DNA from: Parcubacteria group bacterium
GTDB lineage: Bacteria > Patescibacteriota > Patescibacteriia > UBA9934 > GWF2-40-263
Direction of reading: 5' to 3'
NCBI GenBank assembly: GCA_013204395.1
Contig: JABMNZ010000014.1
Location: forward strand, 1-58,618
DNA length: 58,618 bases
Positions within the stretch are counted from its first letter, which is position 1. Each line of letters opens with the position of its first letter. Of this stretch, positions 8,447 through 18,177 are shown one piece after another. Under the pieces are notes generated by a model. That model was not told the origin of the DNA, searched no databases, and saw only the letters and a program-made list of their open reading frames with translations. The position numbers and the translations under genes were made by a program.

Positions 8447-8845
8447 ATGGATATAAACAATCTAAACCTAGAGAAGTTTACAGGCTATGGCTCAAAGACG
8501 AGTCGGAAAATCAGTATAACCAAATCTTTTAGTTTCGGTTTGCCACCGGCTTTTTATCAAGAAAATGAACTAGATAAGTTCAATTTTGCACTTTTACTGT
8601 TCGATAAAGATAATAAAGTTATTGCAATAAAGTTTGCGGAGAATGATTCTGATGGAGGGTTTAAATTAGCCACATATGGTGAAGGTAAAAAACGTGGTGC
8701 TACATTTGTAGCAAGGTCATTCTTTAACAATTATAATATAGATCCAAAACTATATAGTGGAAGATACGAGTATGAGAAGATTAATAGTGATGAACATGGT
8801 CAGGTCTTCTTAATCAAGATAGAGGCACAGGATATAGAAACATAA
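8447..8845 (+). CDS. Hypothetical protein, possibly AbrB/swapped-hairpin-like DNA-binding regulator
   Basis: Divergent from the nuclease cluster. KISITKSFSFGLPPAFY...ALLLFDKDNKVIAIK resembles the AbrB beta-hairpin pattern. TTGACA at 8411 upstream of ATG 8447. The fold is inferred. Confidence 0.55.
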   Translation: MDINNLNLEKFTGYGSKTSRKISITKSFSFGLPPAFYQENELDKFNFALLLFDKDNKVIAIKFAENDSDGGFKLATYGEGKKRGATFVARSFFNNYNIDPKLYSGRYEYEKINSDEHGQVFLIKIEAQDIET

Positions 8846-8848
8846 ACT

Positions 8849-8874
8849 AAAATAGAGTCGAAAGACTCTATTTT
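8849..8874. terminator. Bidirectional intrinsic terminator
   Basis: Perfect hairpin aaaatagagtc-gaaa-gactctatttt between convergent genes. Confidence 0.8.
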
Positions 8875-8947
8875 TATTTACGTTATAGGTGTTTTATTTA
8901 ACTGTCACATGTCTATTCATTAACATAAGTAAAAATATTCTATTGAA

Positions 8948-11140
8948 TTATTCTGATTTTTTTAAATAAATATTCGTGTATGCCTCTTTGATAATACTTT
9001 TGTCTTTGGGGAAAGGAATTTGCAAATTATTTGTAAAAGCAGGGAAAATAAGATTCTTTATTCCAGATGTATTGTTCTCTAGGTTAAACATCTGCCCGTG
9101 ATCATATAATAGAGTCAGATAATTATATATATACAATGATAAATTCTTGTCCTTAAATCTGAGCACTCTACAAAAATTGGTGCATAGGACAGGTGTTTCT
9201 AAATGCTGAATAGTCTCCTCTGTAATGATACAAATACGGCCTGTAGATTGCTTCGGACTACCTCCGGATATTTCAATAACAACGTCATTGGGCTCTAATG
9301 ACTTTAGAGAAATATGATCTTTTTTCACATACCTAAAAGGAATTTTTTCATAGTTGCACAGTCTAATTTTAGGAATATCTGTCCCTCTAATGCATCTAAC
9401 CTTTTCTGTATAATTCTTGTTTGGGGTTTCTTTTCCCCACTCTCCACCTCTAGCTTCTTCTAATAAGTCAGAGATTGTAAAATACTCTATCCACTCTTTA
9501 TCTTGTGCAATATCTTTTGGTAACACCTCATCCAATATAAAGTTTCTGAATAAACTATCATTGAATTTCGAAGCTAATCCAAAGTTTTTTTGACTAAGAA
9601 TCTCTTTTTGTTTCTTTATATCTTTTCTATTTCTAGCAAGATTTTCTTTATTTATAGTAAAATATAAGCCCGCCTTAATCATGTAATCTATTTCCTTAAT
9701 TTGGTCCACGCCTACCATCTTTGAAAACTCAGGTATCTCATCTTTTCTTGTAAATGTTTCAAAGATTTTTTCCAATTCATCCTCTTTTATAATAATTCTA
9801 GTATTGTTGCTCTCCTTAATAGCGACTCCTAATTTAGACGCATCAAGAAACATTACATTATCATTTGGTTTACTGTTATCCAGAAACATAACGCTTACAC
9901 TAGTGTTTGTATTCGCAAAAAAATTTGATGGAAAGTGTATTACCCCAGCGAGCAACTTTTCTTCAATAAGAAATTTCCTTATTTTTTCATGTATCGTACC
10001 TGTGTCTGTGCAAAAGCCACTTGGCACAACAATTGCGGCCTTTCCTTTAGTAGACAAGGAGTGAATGATGTGCTGAATGAATAGCAAGTAGATTGCCATG
10101 GAATCCTTCTTCTTTTTTGGAATATTTGGAATTCCGGCGAAGAATCTTTCAGAGTTATCTTTTGTGTCTATATCTACACGCCAATCGCTGAAATCTAATT
10201 TAAAAGGAGGATTCGAAACAATGAAATCAAACTTCATCGGGTCGCTTCCGCTCTTAAAATATGGGTCTTTGATAGTATTCCCTTGAACCACGTTATGGAT
10301 TGAGTGCACCAAGTTATTCAAAATCAAATTCAATCGGAGTAGGTTGGAAGACTTGTCTGAGATATCTTGAGAATAGATTGTACATTTATCTTCTCCAATG
10401 GCATGCGCCACATTCATGAGTAATGTTCCAGAACCGGCCGATGGATCATATACAGAAACATTGCTTACAGGCTTATCTACCAAAATCGCAGCCATGATTT
10501 TTGCAATTGCATGAGGAGTGTAGTATTCGGCATACACACCGCCACCATCTTTATTGTAGTCTTTGATCAAGTACTCAAAAATCGTTGAAAAGAAGTCGAA
10601 TTTCTGATCGAAAATTTCTTCAAAGTTCACATCAACCAATTGGCCAATGAGCGCTTTTGCGAAATCATCTTTCTTCACCTCAGACTGATTGCGTAAATAT
10701 CCGTCAACTCCATTAAAGAGTTGGATTTTTTGACCCTCTTCTGTTTTTACAGAAAAAACATCATTATTGATCTTTGCAATATCTCTTAGTGTGTCGCTAA
10801 AGAGAGCAGAGAACTGTTCGCTATTCTGCTTATTCCAGAGAGTGGAAATGAAATGATCTGGACGTAGCCTTGCACTATCAGGGCTCATTTTCGAAAGTAA
10901 TAACTCATACTCTTCGTCTGAAAACTTTCTAATCGCCTCTTCCCAGTTTTCGGCACCATTGAGCTTTGGCTCAATTTGTTTTGCTTCGTAACCAAACTTA
11001 TCATTCATGAACTTGTACAGAAAAACTTGAGTAATGATATTGAATTCATCACCCGAATTTCCCAGACCAGCGTTATTACAAATTCCTTTCAGCTTATCGA
11101 TGAGTTGTTTTGTTTTTTGTGTGAAATTTTGTTCTACCAT
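8948..11140 (-). CDS. hsdM: Type I R-M N6-adenine methyltransferase HsdM fused to a single-TRD half HsdS
   Basis: AEYYTP, YDPSAGSGTLL and VSNPPF motifs; C-terminal HsdS-type TRD (GGEWGKE, IRGTD, VIEISGGSPKQSTGR). Confidence 0.9.
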   Translation of the reverse strand: MVEQNFTQKTKQLIDKLKGICNNAGLGNSGDEFNIITQVFLYKFMNDKFGYEAKQIEPKLNGAENWEEAIRKFSDEEYELLLSKMSPDSARLRPDHFISTLWNKQNSEQFSALFSDTLRDIAKINNDVFSVKTEEGQKIQLFNGVDGYLRNQSEVKKDDFAKALIGQLVDVNFEEIFDQKFDFFSTIFEYLIKDYNKDGGGVYAEYYTPHAIAKIMAAILVDKPVSNVSVYDPSAGSGTLLMNVAHAIGEDKCTIYSQDISDKSSNLLRLNLILNNLVHSIHNVVQGNTIKDPYFKSGSDPMKFDFIVSNPPFKLDFSDWRVDIDTKDNSERFFAGIPNIPKKKKDSMAIYLLFIQHIIHSLSTKGKAAIVVPSGFCTDTGTIHEKIRKFLIEEKLLAGVIHFPSNFFANTNTSVSVMFLDNSKPNDNVMFLDASKLGVAIKESNNTRIIIKEDELEKIFETFTRKDEIPEFSKMVGVDQIKEIDYMIKAGLYFTINKENLARNRKDIKKQKEILSQKNFGLASKFNDSLFRNFILDEVLPKDIAQDKEWIEYFTISDLLEEARGGEWGKETPNKNYTEKVRCIRGTDIPKIRLCNYEKIPFRYVKKDHISLKSLEPNDVVIEISGGSPKQSTGRICIITEETIQHLETPVLCTNFCRVLRFKDKNLSLYIYNYLTLLYDHGQMFNLENNTSGIKNLIFPAFTNNLQIPFPKDKSIIKEAYTNIYLKKSE

Positions 11141-14133
11141 ACACGCGTGTTAGTGAAATCATTGAGATACTCTTGAGTAGCCATGCTGTTTATTTCTTTC
11201 GCTGCTTTAGAATCCAGCTTCATTTCATGACTCTCGAAAGCCTTTATAACGATTGGGCTCATGAATTTAACAAAGTACCCCTCATTCTGAATCACGCGGG
11301 CATTATCAAGCACTTTTTGATCAGCATCGTGCTTTATGTCCACAAGGGCACCGTGTATTAACGACTCACGAACATTTACATTTTTTCGCTCCACAACTCT
11401 CTTGTGTAGCCTTGCAAATTTTTCGTCATTGTCGTATTTCGCTTTAAGCTGATTGTTTCTTCGGTTTAGCTCATTAATTTCTTGGTAGATCTTCTCAAGT
11501 GCTTCAATATTTTCATTCATTTCCTCCTGTGTGATTTCATCAAGATTCTTTTTGTTGAACAATCGTCTTAGCTCCTCATACAATTCAATAAATTCCGGAT
11601 CGTTTTTATCGAAGTTGCATGCCAACGACTCCCTTGTTTTCTTAAGCGTGCTCTTGAGTTTATCCGCTATAACCATTTCCTCTTGCGATACTTTTTTGAA
11701 GGTAAATATCACATCCTCAAGGGCGACATTGAGAAGATTGGTTGTCTCGGTCCTGTTTTCAAGAGAATCTTTCAGGTTAATCAAATTCAAATGATTCTCT
11801 GTCTCGGTATACAGTGACGCTAACTTCTTAAAATCAATTTTCTTGAGCAAATCGTAATGACCCATGAGGCGAATCATGTTGTATAGATTCTTTGCGCTCA
11901 TGAGTGCCTTTTTGATTTCTAGAACGGCATCCTTATCTTTTATCTCTGTGATTTGTTGTGAAAATATCTCTGCGTTTTGAAGATCGAAGTGGAACAGCTT
12001 TTCTTTAATTGTTTCAATTTCTATTTCAACTTCTTCCTTTGATAAGAAGATATTTGAGTAGTTCTGCAACTCATCACCTAGCTCTTCTTGCAGTTCTTCA
12101 AAATATGCTTTATTAGTCGCGTCGAATTCTTTTCTGATATCAGCAAAATCGACAACGTAGCCATAACGAAAATCTTTATATGGCCTATTAACACGAGTGA
12201 GCGTTTGCAAGAGATTATGCTTTCTGATGACTCTTCCCAAATATAGCTTCTTCAATCGTTTTGCGTCAAAACCAGTAAGAAGCATGTTATACACAAATAA
12301 TATATCTATCTTTCCCTCCTTGAATGCTTCAACCTCTTCTTTTCTTGTCTCCTTATCGCCGACATCGTGCAAAATCAAACTCGCCTTAAGTTCGTTTGAA
12401 TATTTCTTGTTAAAGATCTTAAACATTTGCTTTGCCTGATCCGAACTATCACAAACGACCATTGCGCCAATTGTGTCATCGCCAAACATTACACGACTGC
12501 CTTTGAAATCATTCACGATGTAGTCAATCATTGGATCAACAAACTTCGCATGGGCGTATATCTCTTTTTTCGGGATATCTCCCTTCAAGACTTTTATCTC
12601 CTTCACGGCTTCCTGAAGTTGCATCTTGTAACCTGTTTCTATGCCTTCTCGAATTAACTTAAGTGTGTACCCATCAGCGATCGATGCGTTGTAATAGTAC
12701 TTATGAATATAGTCACCAAAGAGAGCTTTTGAATTCTTATCGTCACCAATAAGGGGAGTTCCCGTTAGTCCAACAATAATAGCGTCTCTATCCGAGGTCA
12801 TGAGGTTTGCAAGAAAACTGCCATTTGGATCATAGCTTCTATGAACCTCATCTAGGAAATATACTCTTTGTGTATTTGTATCGTATGACTTACTAGTAAC
12901 AACCGCTGTGTCATCTTTGAACTTTTGTATGTTAACAACCGTAATTTCTTGTTTTCCCGACAGGTTGTGGATATTTGCGCTACTCTTAAAATCCTTTACA
13001 AGCTCTCTTCTAGAATTAACCGTGTGCACAACGAGTCCACGACCTGTAAATTCTCTTTTTGCCTGAATGAGCAGATCTAATCTGTCTACAATGAAGTAAA
13101 ACTTTGGGACAATATTTTTTTTATGAAAATAATCCGTTAAGTACCTCACGTTATAAAAAGACAATGCAGTTTTTCCACTTCCTTGAGTGTGCCAAATTAT
13201 GCCTTTCTTTTCTCCTTTTTCTATTGTTTGCTCAATGGCTTTCGTTGCAAAAAATTGAGGATACCGCATGATGTGTTTCTGTAATCCATCTGCTTCCTTC
13301 ACATATGCGATGCTGTATTTCAACCACATCGATAATCGATCCTTGCTAAAAAGCGAAGTCAAGATCCTGTTTGTTGGTGTTTGAGGATTTTTGTTGGTAG
13401 AAAATTCAGGGCTGTGTTTTATTACATTCAGGTTGTTGTCCTTTAAAACAAAATTTTCAACTTCTTCATCTGCTGGTTTCAGAAGTGTTTCCAAAACCAA
13501 GACCTCAACATCAGGATCTTCTTTGAATGCATTGAAGGCAGCCTTTCTGGTTGAAGTGCTTGAATAATATGCACCCTCAATCTGCTCGATCGATTCTTCG
13601 TCATATTCCATGTTATTGGAAAAGACTAAAATCTGAGTTAGGTTAATAAACTTTCTGAATTTTTTATTCTGAAATCGGACATTGATTCTATTTCTTTCAG
13701 CAAGAATCCCTTCTTTGTTGTTTGGTTTTTTGACTTCAATAAATGCAAGTGGCATTCCGTTTATGAGTAATGTGATATCGGGGCGGAATTCGTCGTCTCC
13801 ATTCTTGTAGGTCAACTCAGTGACTACATGAAAGTTATTGTTTTCGAAATTATCAAAATCAATAAGCTTCACGTCGTTTGACAACAACATTGAATAAAAT
13901 TCTTTTCCAAGATCTTCGTTATCAAGAATGAGACCTATTCTTCCATATAGTTTTTTTACCTCATCGTCTTCGATACCTTCATTTATCTTTTTAATAGAAT
14001 CAGAAAAAATATCGGTAAAGATATTCGTTTCGGGATCCCACTTTGATTCTTTTAATGATAGGTATTTATAGCCTAGTCCACATAGATGCAGAATCGCAGG
14101 TATTTTTACTCTTGTATCTTCATTGTGTGCCAT
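11134..14133 (-). CDS. hsdR: Type I restriction endonuclease subunit R
   Basis: RPDITLLINGMPLAFIEVK nuclease motif; WHTQGSGKT Walker A; DEVHRS; GLTGTP; MLLTGFDA; QTLTRVNR. Confidence 0.95.
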   Translation of the reverse strand: MAHNEDTRVKIPAILHLCGLGYKYLSLKESKWDPETNIFTDIFSDSIKKINEGIEDDEVKKLYGRIGLILDNEDLGKEFYSMLLSNDVKLIDFDNFENNNFHVVTELTYKNGDDEFRPDITLLINGMPLAFIEVKKPNNKEGILAERNRINVRFQNKKFRKFINLTQILVFSNNMEYDEESIEQIEGAYYSSTSTRKAAFNAFKEDPDVEVLVLETLLKPADEEVENFVLKDNNLNVIKHSPEFSTNKNPQTPTNRILTSLFSKDRLSMWLKYSIAYVKEADGLQKHIMRYPQFFATKAIEQTIEKGEKKGIIWHTQGSGKTALSFYNVRYLTDYFHKKNIVPKFYFIVDRLDLLIQAKREFTGRGLVVHTVNSRRELVKDFKSSANIHNLSGKQEITVVNIQKFKDDTAVVTSKSYDTNTQRVYFLDEVHRSYDPNGSFLANLMTSDRDAIIVGLTGTPLIGDDKNSKALFGDYIHKYYYNASIADGYTLKLIREGIETGYKMQLQEAVKEIKVLKGDIPKKEIYAHAKFVDPMIDYIVNDFKGSRVMFGDDTIGAMVVCDSSDQAKQMFKIFNKKYSNELKASLILHDVGDKETRKEEVEAFKEGKIDILFVYNMLLTGFDAKRLKKLYLGRVIRKHNLLQTLTRVNRPYKDFRYGYVVDFADIRKEFDATNKAYFEELQEELGDELQNYSNIFLSKEEVEIEIETIKEKLFHFDLQNAEIFSQQITEIKDKDAVLEIKKALMSAKNLYNMIRLMGHYDLLKKIDFKKLASLYTETENHLNLINLKDSLENRTETTNLLNVALEDVIFTFKKVSQEEMVIADKLKSTLKKTRESLACNFDKNDPEFIELYEELRRLFNKKNLDEITQEEMNENIEALEKIYQEINELNRRNNQLKAKYDNDEKFARLHKRVVERKNVNVRESLIHGALVDIKHDADQKVLDNARVIQNEGYFVKFMSPIVIKAFESHEMKLDSKAAKEINSMATQEYLNDFTNTRVW

Positions 14134-14170
14134 ACTAGTTTTGCACAAGAATTGTACTTATGTTCGTTCA

Positions 14171-14739
14171 ATGGTACTTCATTTATTGCCTAAAATCAAC
14201 AAAAAAAAATCACTTACTCTGTCAAAAAGAGCAAGCGAGCGAAGCGTATTCGGGTTGCTGTATATTGCGACGGATCTGTTGTCGTTACGTCTCCTCAGAA
14301 TGTGCTTGAGAAAACGATAATAAGATTTTTACATCTGAAGTCTGATTGGGTATTCAAGAAGCTTGAGTTTTTCTCAAAAATCGAAATACATTCGGATATC
14401 GCAGCATCTTCAAAAGAACATTTTTTACAATATAAAGATGAAGCTTTGGGGATGGTAAAGGCTCGAATTGATCACTTTTCGAAAATACACGGTTTTGATT
14501 CCCAAGAGATACGAGTAAAAATGTTAAAAACTAAATGGGGCAGCTGTTCTATAAAAAGAAATCTAAATTTTAACTACAAGGTATTATTTCTTAGTGACAA
14601 TCTACGTGATTACATTATCGTGCACGAGCTCTGTCATCTGAAAGAAATGAATCATTCAAGAAAATTCTGGCAACATGTTGAAAAGGTATTTCCGGATTAC
14701 CGGTGCATGCGAGAAGAATTGAAGAAGACTGGCTTATAG
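14171..14739 (+). pseudogene. YgjP/DUF45-like M48 metallopeptidase with a frameshift at an A9 tract (14201-14209)
   Basis: KWGSCS and YIIVHELCHLKEMNHS motifs. The family-like N-terminus ITYSVKKSKRAKRIRVAV...VVVTSP is in frame from 14209 but preceded by an in-frame TAA at 14191. ATG 14171 and TTG 14186 are one frame off. May be slippage-expressed rather than dead. Confidence 0.65.
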
Positions 14740-14751
14740 ATAAAATTAACA

Positions 14752-14784
14752 AAGATAGCTCCTCATAAAAGAGGGGTTATTTTT
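14752..14784 (+). terminator. Intrinsic terminator after the M48 gene
   Basis: aagatagctcctc-ataaaa-gaggggttatttt hairpin with T-tract. Confidence 0.6.
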
Positions 14785-14850
14785 GTTATCAAGTTACCAA
14801 CAGCAACCAGCCTGGACGCACTGCAAGGGTTGCGTCATCAATGGTGTTGT

Positions 14851-16191
14851 ATGGAAACAACAAGACAAGAAGACGAACAGAAAGCGATTAAATATGTGCT
14901 TTATGCTCGTAAGTCATCAGAGTCGGAGGAACGGCAGATTCTGTCGATTGATTCTCAGATTAAAGAGATGTTAGAGCTCGCTGAGCGAGAAAAACTAGAA
15001 GTAGTGGCCATTCGGCGCGAATCACATTCAGCGAAGGATACGGGGCAACGTGAGGTCTATAATGAGCTCATTAAAGACGTTCGTGCGGGTAAATTCACAG
15101 GTATCATCACTTGGGCAGCAGATCGTTTAAGTCGAAATGCTGGCGACTTGGGAGTGGTCGTCGACTTAATGGATCAGGGGTACTTGAAAGAAATAAGAAC
15201 TCATGGACAGACGTTCACAAATTCACCAAACGAAAAATTTCTTCTCATGATTCTTGGATCAACCGCCAAGCTTGAGAATGATCATAGAGGAGTAAATGTA
15301 AAACGAGGATTAAGAACTAGAGTGGAGATGGGGCTTTGGCCAGGGATGGCACCGATTGGTTACCTGGATCAAAAAGCAATGGATAAGAAATGCCAAAAAA
15401 TTCTAGATGTGGAACGTGCGCCCATAATTAAACAGATGTTTGAAAAGGTGGCGTATGAAAAATATAGCGGACGAAAAGTCTATCACTGGTTACTGCATGA
15501 ATTGAACTTCAAAACGAGAGGCAACAAAACACTATCGCTTAGTGGTGTGCATCGAGTTCTCAACAATACTTTTTACTACGGAAAGTTCGAGTTCCCAAAA
15601 GGGACTGGGAAGTGGTACGACGGAAAACACAAACCAATAATAACTCAAGATCTTTTTGAAAAAGCATCTGCTCAATTACAGAGAGACCAAATTGTGTTGG
15701 TGAATAAAGAGTTCGCTTTCACCAGGCTGATGACCTGCGGACTTTGTGAGTCAGGTGTATGTGCACAAGAAAAGTTCAAGCAACTAAAAGACGGAACGCA
15801 TGCTAAGTATGTTTATTACGGATGCACACGAGGCAAGGACAGACATTGTAAGAATAAGTACATCCGTGAGGAAGAGCTCATTACACAACTAATAAAGATC
15901 GTCGATAAGATGGATATTAACATGCTTGGAGTAAAGTGCAGGCTTGAGGACGAGTTGAAGCGGTTCAGTAAGTTTCAGAGGATTGTTCTGGGGTCGGAAA
16001 GTGAATTGTCGCCAGACAGGCAGGAGGAAGTGAATATTCGAACCTATGCGAAGTATCTTCTCAAAGAAGGAAGTATTACAGAGAAACGGTACTTGCTGGG
16101 GAATATGAAGAGTAAGCTGGTGTATGAGAATCGGGTAGTAAAAATGATGGAACAGCCTATTGATCCTCAGAATCAGTTCGAAGTTGCATAG
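14851..16191 (+). CDS. Large serine recombinase (resolvase + recombinase + Zn-ribbon domains)
   Basis: YARKSSE (catalytic Ser), DRLSRN, APIGY, GKHKPII, CGLC...YYGC...C. Confidence 0.93.
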   Translation: METTRQEDEQKAIKYVLYARKSSESEERQILSIDSQIKEMLELAEREKLEVVAIRRESHSAKDTGQREVYNELIKDVRAGKFTGIITWAADRLSRNAGDLGVVVDLMDQGYLKEIRTHGQTFTNSPNEKFLLMILGSTAKLENDHRGVNVKRGLRTRVEMGLWPGMAPIGYLDQKAMDKKCQKILDVERAPIIKQMFEKVAYEKYSGRKVYHWLLHELNFKTRGNKTLSLSGVHRVLNNTFYYGKFEFPKGTGKWYDGKHKPIITQDLFEKASAQLQRDQIVLVNKEFAFTRLMTCGLCESGVCAQEKFKQLKDGTHAKYVYYGCTRGKDRHCKNKYIREEELITQLIKIVDKMDINMLGVKCRLEDELKRFSKFQRIVLGSESELSPDRQEEVNIRTYAKYLLKEGSITEKRYLLGNMKSKLVYENRVVKMMEQPIDPQNQFEVA

Positions 16192-16927
16192 CGGCTTTAA
16201 ATCTCTCGCTCTCCATCATTTGTTTCTTTAAGCGATTGTTCTGTTCACGAAGCGACTTCATTTGTTTCAAAAATTCGGGAGAGAACTTAATAAGGCTTAC
16301 ACTCTGGTTCACTCCATAGAATAAGTCCATCAGACCCATTGTAATATCTCCAATCATCCAAAGGTCGTTTTTTATATGATACTCATCTTCGGTATCAAAG
16401 AAGGGAGTACCGAAGACATCTTCGTCCAAGTTCGGTTCAAAGTTTAGTGTGCCGCTAACGATGTTGGCATGAAGAGTAGAGCCGTTGAGAGTTTTTTTCA
16501 TGCCTTTAATTGAGCGTGAGGCGTCTGGATGATGTTCTTCAAGCCACCGATATCGCTTGTTGGTCAGTCGCTGAGGTGTCTCCATTATTCCATTGTCATC
16601 CACTTCGCCAAAGTCTGAGACGTCTGGATTGGCGATTGCGTAGGCCGCACTGGCGCCAGATTCTAAAATCTGCCTCGCATCCATATGTGCCTGAATTCTA
16701 TGAAGACGTGCCGTTGACAGAATGGCAAGAAGCGCATGTTTACGAACCTGCGAAAGAAACAAAGTGAAAATGAAGCGAGTTGCATCTACCGAAAGCAAGA
16801 AGTCCTGTAGTAGTGCATGTGCTTCCATTGCAAACGAAAAAAACTCACCGTATTTCTCGGGAGATTGTTGGATGAGCGACTGTTCACTGTCCAGAATATC
16901 CTGAATGGTATCTTGTTTGAGGGGCAT
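16157..16927 (-). CDS. All-helical hypothetical protein, DUF5677/HEPN-like
   Basis: ARQILES...YAIANP and NGSTLHAN resemble the R-x-x-l-E and S-x-x-x-H pattern of HEPN-like families. The start at 16927 is a judgement call; the ORF is open to 17065. Confidence 0.5.
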   Translation of the reverse strand: MPLKQDTIQDILDSEQSLIQQSPEKYGEFFSFAMEAHALLQDFLLSVDATRFIFTLFLSQVRKHALLAILSTARLHRIQAHMDARQILESGASAAYAIANPDVSDFGEVDDNGIMETPQRLTNKRYRWLEEHHPDASRSIKGMKKTLNGSTLHANIVSGTLNFEPNLDEDVFGTPFFDTEDEYHIKNDLWMIGDITMGLMDLFYGVNQSVSLIKFSPEFLKQMKSLREQNNRLKKQMMESERFKAAMQLRTDSEDQ

Positions 16928-17265
16928 ATTTGGGTGTGATTTACCGTCGGTGTTACCGTCCTCTAAAAGAAGTAAAAGTAGCCGTGTAGCTACTTTTGAA
17001 ATCATTTTCCACTCTGGCCAATCGTGAATCGAGCGTGGTCGCGAAAAGGTTAAAGCATCGAACATGGATTGATAGACTGAGCATAAGCTTTATCAGGTTA
17101 TCCGCTAATTGACGGTAAGGAAAAGAACAAAAGAATAACGCGACGATTGACCCAATTAGCCAGAGTGGGAAACTATATCCATTGTAACATGCGCCTGTTC
17201 CATCCAGCCACTTAGATACTGACCACAACAAGCCAGTCCACTTCCAAGGGTACTTGTACTCACTT

Positions 17266-17303
17266 CAAACACAAAAGCGCCTGTAAGGGCGCTTTTGTGT
17301 TTG
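17266..17303 (-). terminator. Terminator of tRNA-Asp
   Basis: caaacacaaaagcgcc-tgtaag-ggcgcttttgtgtttg perfect inverted repeat. Confidence 0.8.
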
Positions 17304-17356
17304 CGACTCATTCCCAATTTTGCTACCCACTCGGGTTGCGCGATAAGAAATAGTCG

Positions 17357-17433
17357 TGGCGGACCGGACGGGATTCGAACCCGCGATCTTCGCCGTGACA
17401 GGGCGACGTGTTAACCAGCTACACCACCGGTCC
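17357..17433 (-). tRNA. tRNA-Asp(GTC)
   Basis: GGACCGGTGGTGTAGCTGGTTAACACGTCGCCCTGTCACGGCGAAGATCGCGGGTTCGAATCCCGTCCGGTCCGCCA; cloverleaf with encoded CCA. Confidence 0.97.
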
Positions 17434-17448
17434 ATGGATAGCGCGAAA

Positions 17449-17477
17449 ATAGTAGCATAGGGTCCTCGGAGCTGCAA
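17449..17477 (-). promoter_or_regulatory. tRNA-Asp promoter
   Basis: Minus strand TTGCAG-17 nt-TACTAT with extended -10 TG. Confidence 0.6.
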
Positions 17478-17574
17478 GACACTTGTGGACTCAACAAAAA
17501 GGCCCCTTGGTTGCTGCCGCCATTGACATTGACGCTCGAAATCTCTATCTTCCTGCATGAAGGAGGGAGTTTTA

Positions 17575-18078
17575 ATGCCCAACCTCTTTGAAGCATCGGC
17601 CAGCGCAAGATTGCTACTGGAAGAACTCGATACGGAACGCCGTATCGCATACCAGTACACGGTCACACGGGCCGCGGGGTTCGTTGGCGTTCTCCCATCT
17701 CCTGCTCTGCGGGAAGTTGGTTTCCAGGCTTTGGTCGGAAACCTACACGAACCGTATTCAGTGAACACTCTTCACCTGATCCCGTCCAGTATCAAACTGG
17801 TGGGTCGTCAACTCGTCATGGTCTACGGAAGAATGGCCCTTTGGTGCCGACTGACCACAGACATGCGGGTGTCTGTCCAGATGGATAAGACTGAGATTTG
17901 CAACCTTCCGATCGCGGGTGGTCTGCAGGTCATAGCCGACAACGGTGCAGATCAACTCACGATCTTCACTCACCCCTGCTTGGCAACGATTCAACACATG
18001 ATGCGCGTTCATCCAATGGGTGGCGAGGTCCTCATCCGTGAGAGCTTGAGCATCATGTACCCACTACCCAATGAATGA
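17575..18078 (+). CDS. Hypothetical protein
   Basis: Strong SD (AAGGAGG) before ATG 17575; followed by a hairpin and T-tract; no recognisable motif. Confidence 0.6.
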   Translation: MPNLFEASASARLLLEELDTERRIAYQYTVTRAAGFVGVLPSPALREVGFQALVGNLHEPYSVNTLHLIPSSIKLVGRQLVMVYGRMALWCRLTTDMRVSVQMDKTEICNLPIAGGLQVIADNGADQLTIFTHPCLATIQHMMRVHPMGGEVLIRESLSIMYPLPNE

Positions 18079-18143
18079 CATTAGGTCACTGCCCGCCAAA
18101 GTCATTACGACTAAGGGGGGTTTTCTTTTTAAAAAAGTAAAAA

Positions 18144-18166
18144 CCAGCCGAGAGTATCCCGGCTGG
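18144..18166 (-). terminator. Terminator of the GNAT gene
   Basis: Minus strand ccagccggga-tac-tctcggctgg followed by tttttacttttt. Confidence 0.7.
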
Positions 18167-18177
18167 GCGTTGCAAAG

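Larger units (their letters stand above)
1..17250. mobile_element. Integrated genomic/defence island downstream of tRNA-Asp; left end outside the window, right boundary approximate
   Basis: Large serine recombinase, phage-like HTH gene, type I R-M and many nuclease genes. Visibly AT-richer than the core region to the right. Begins just past the tRNA-Asp terminator. No att duplication identified. Confidence 0.75.

Noticed and set aside
16953-17231. 92-aa hydrophobic ORF and the 5' extension of ORF 16157..17065
   Set aside because: TTG start, no motif, and the two overlap each other. Cannot tell a small gene from a remnant or chance ORF.
17248-17261. gggtac-TT-gtactc as a serine-recombinase att core
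   Set aside because: Symmetry is only 5 of 6 bp and does not extend; no partner site is visible.
17265-17768. 167-aa minus-strand ORF
   Set aside because: Runs through tRNA-Asp and antisense to the SD-led gene at 17575; a shadow ORF.
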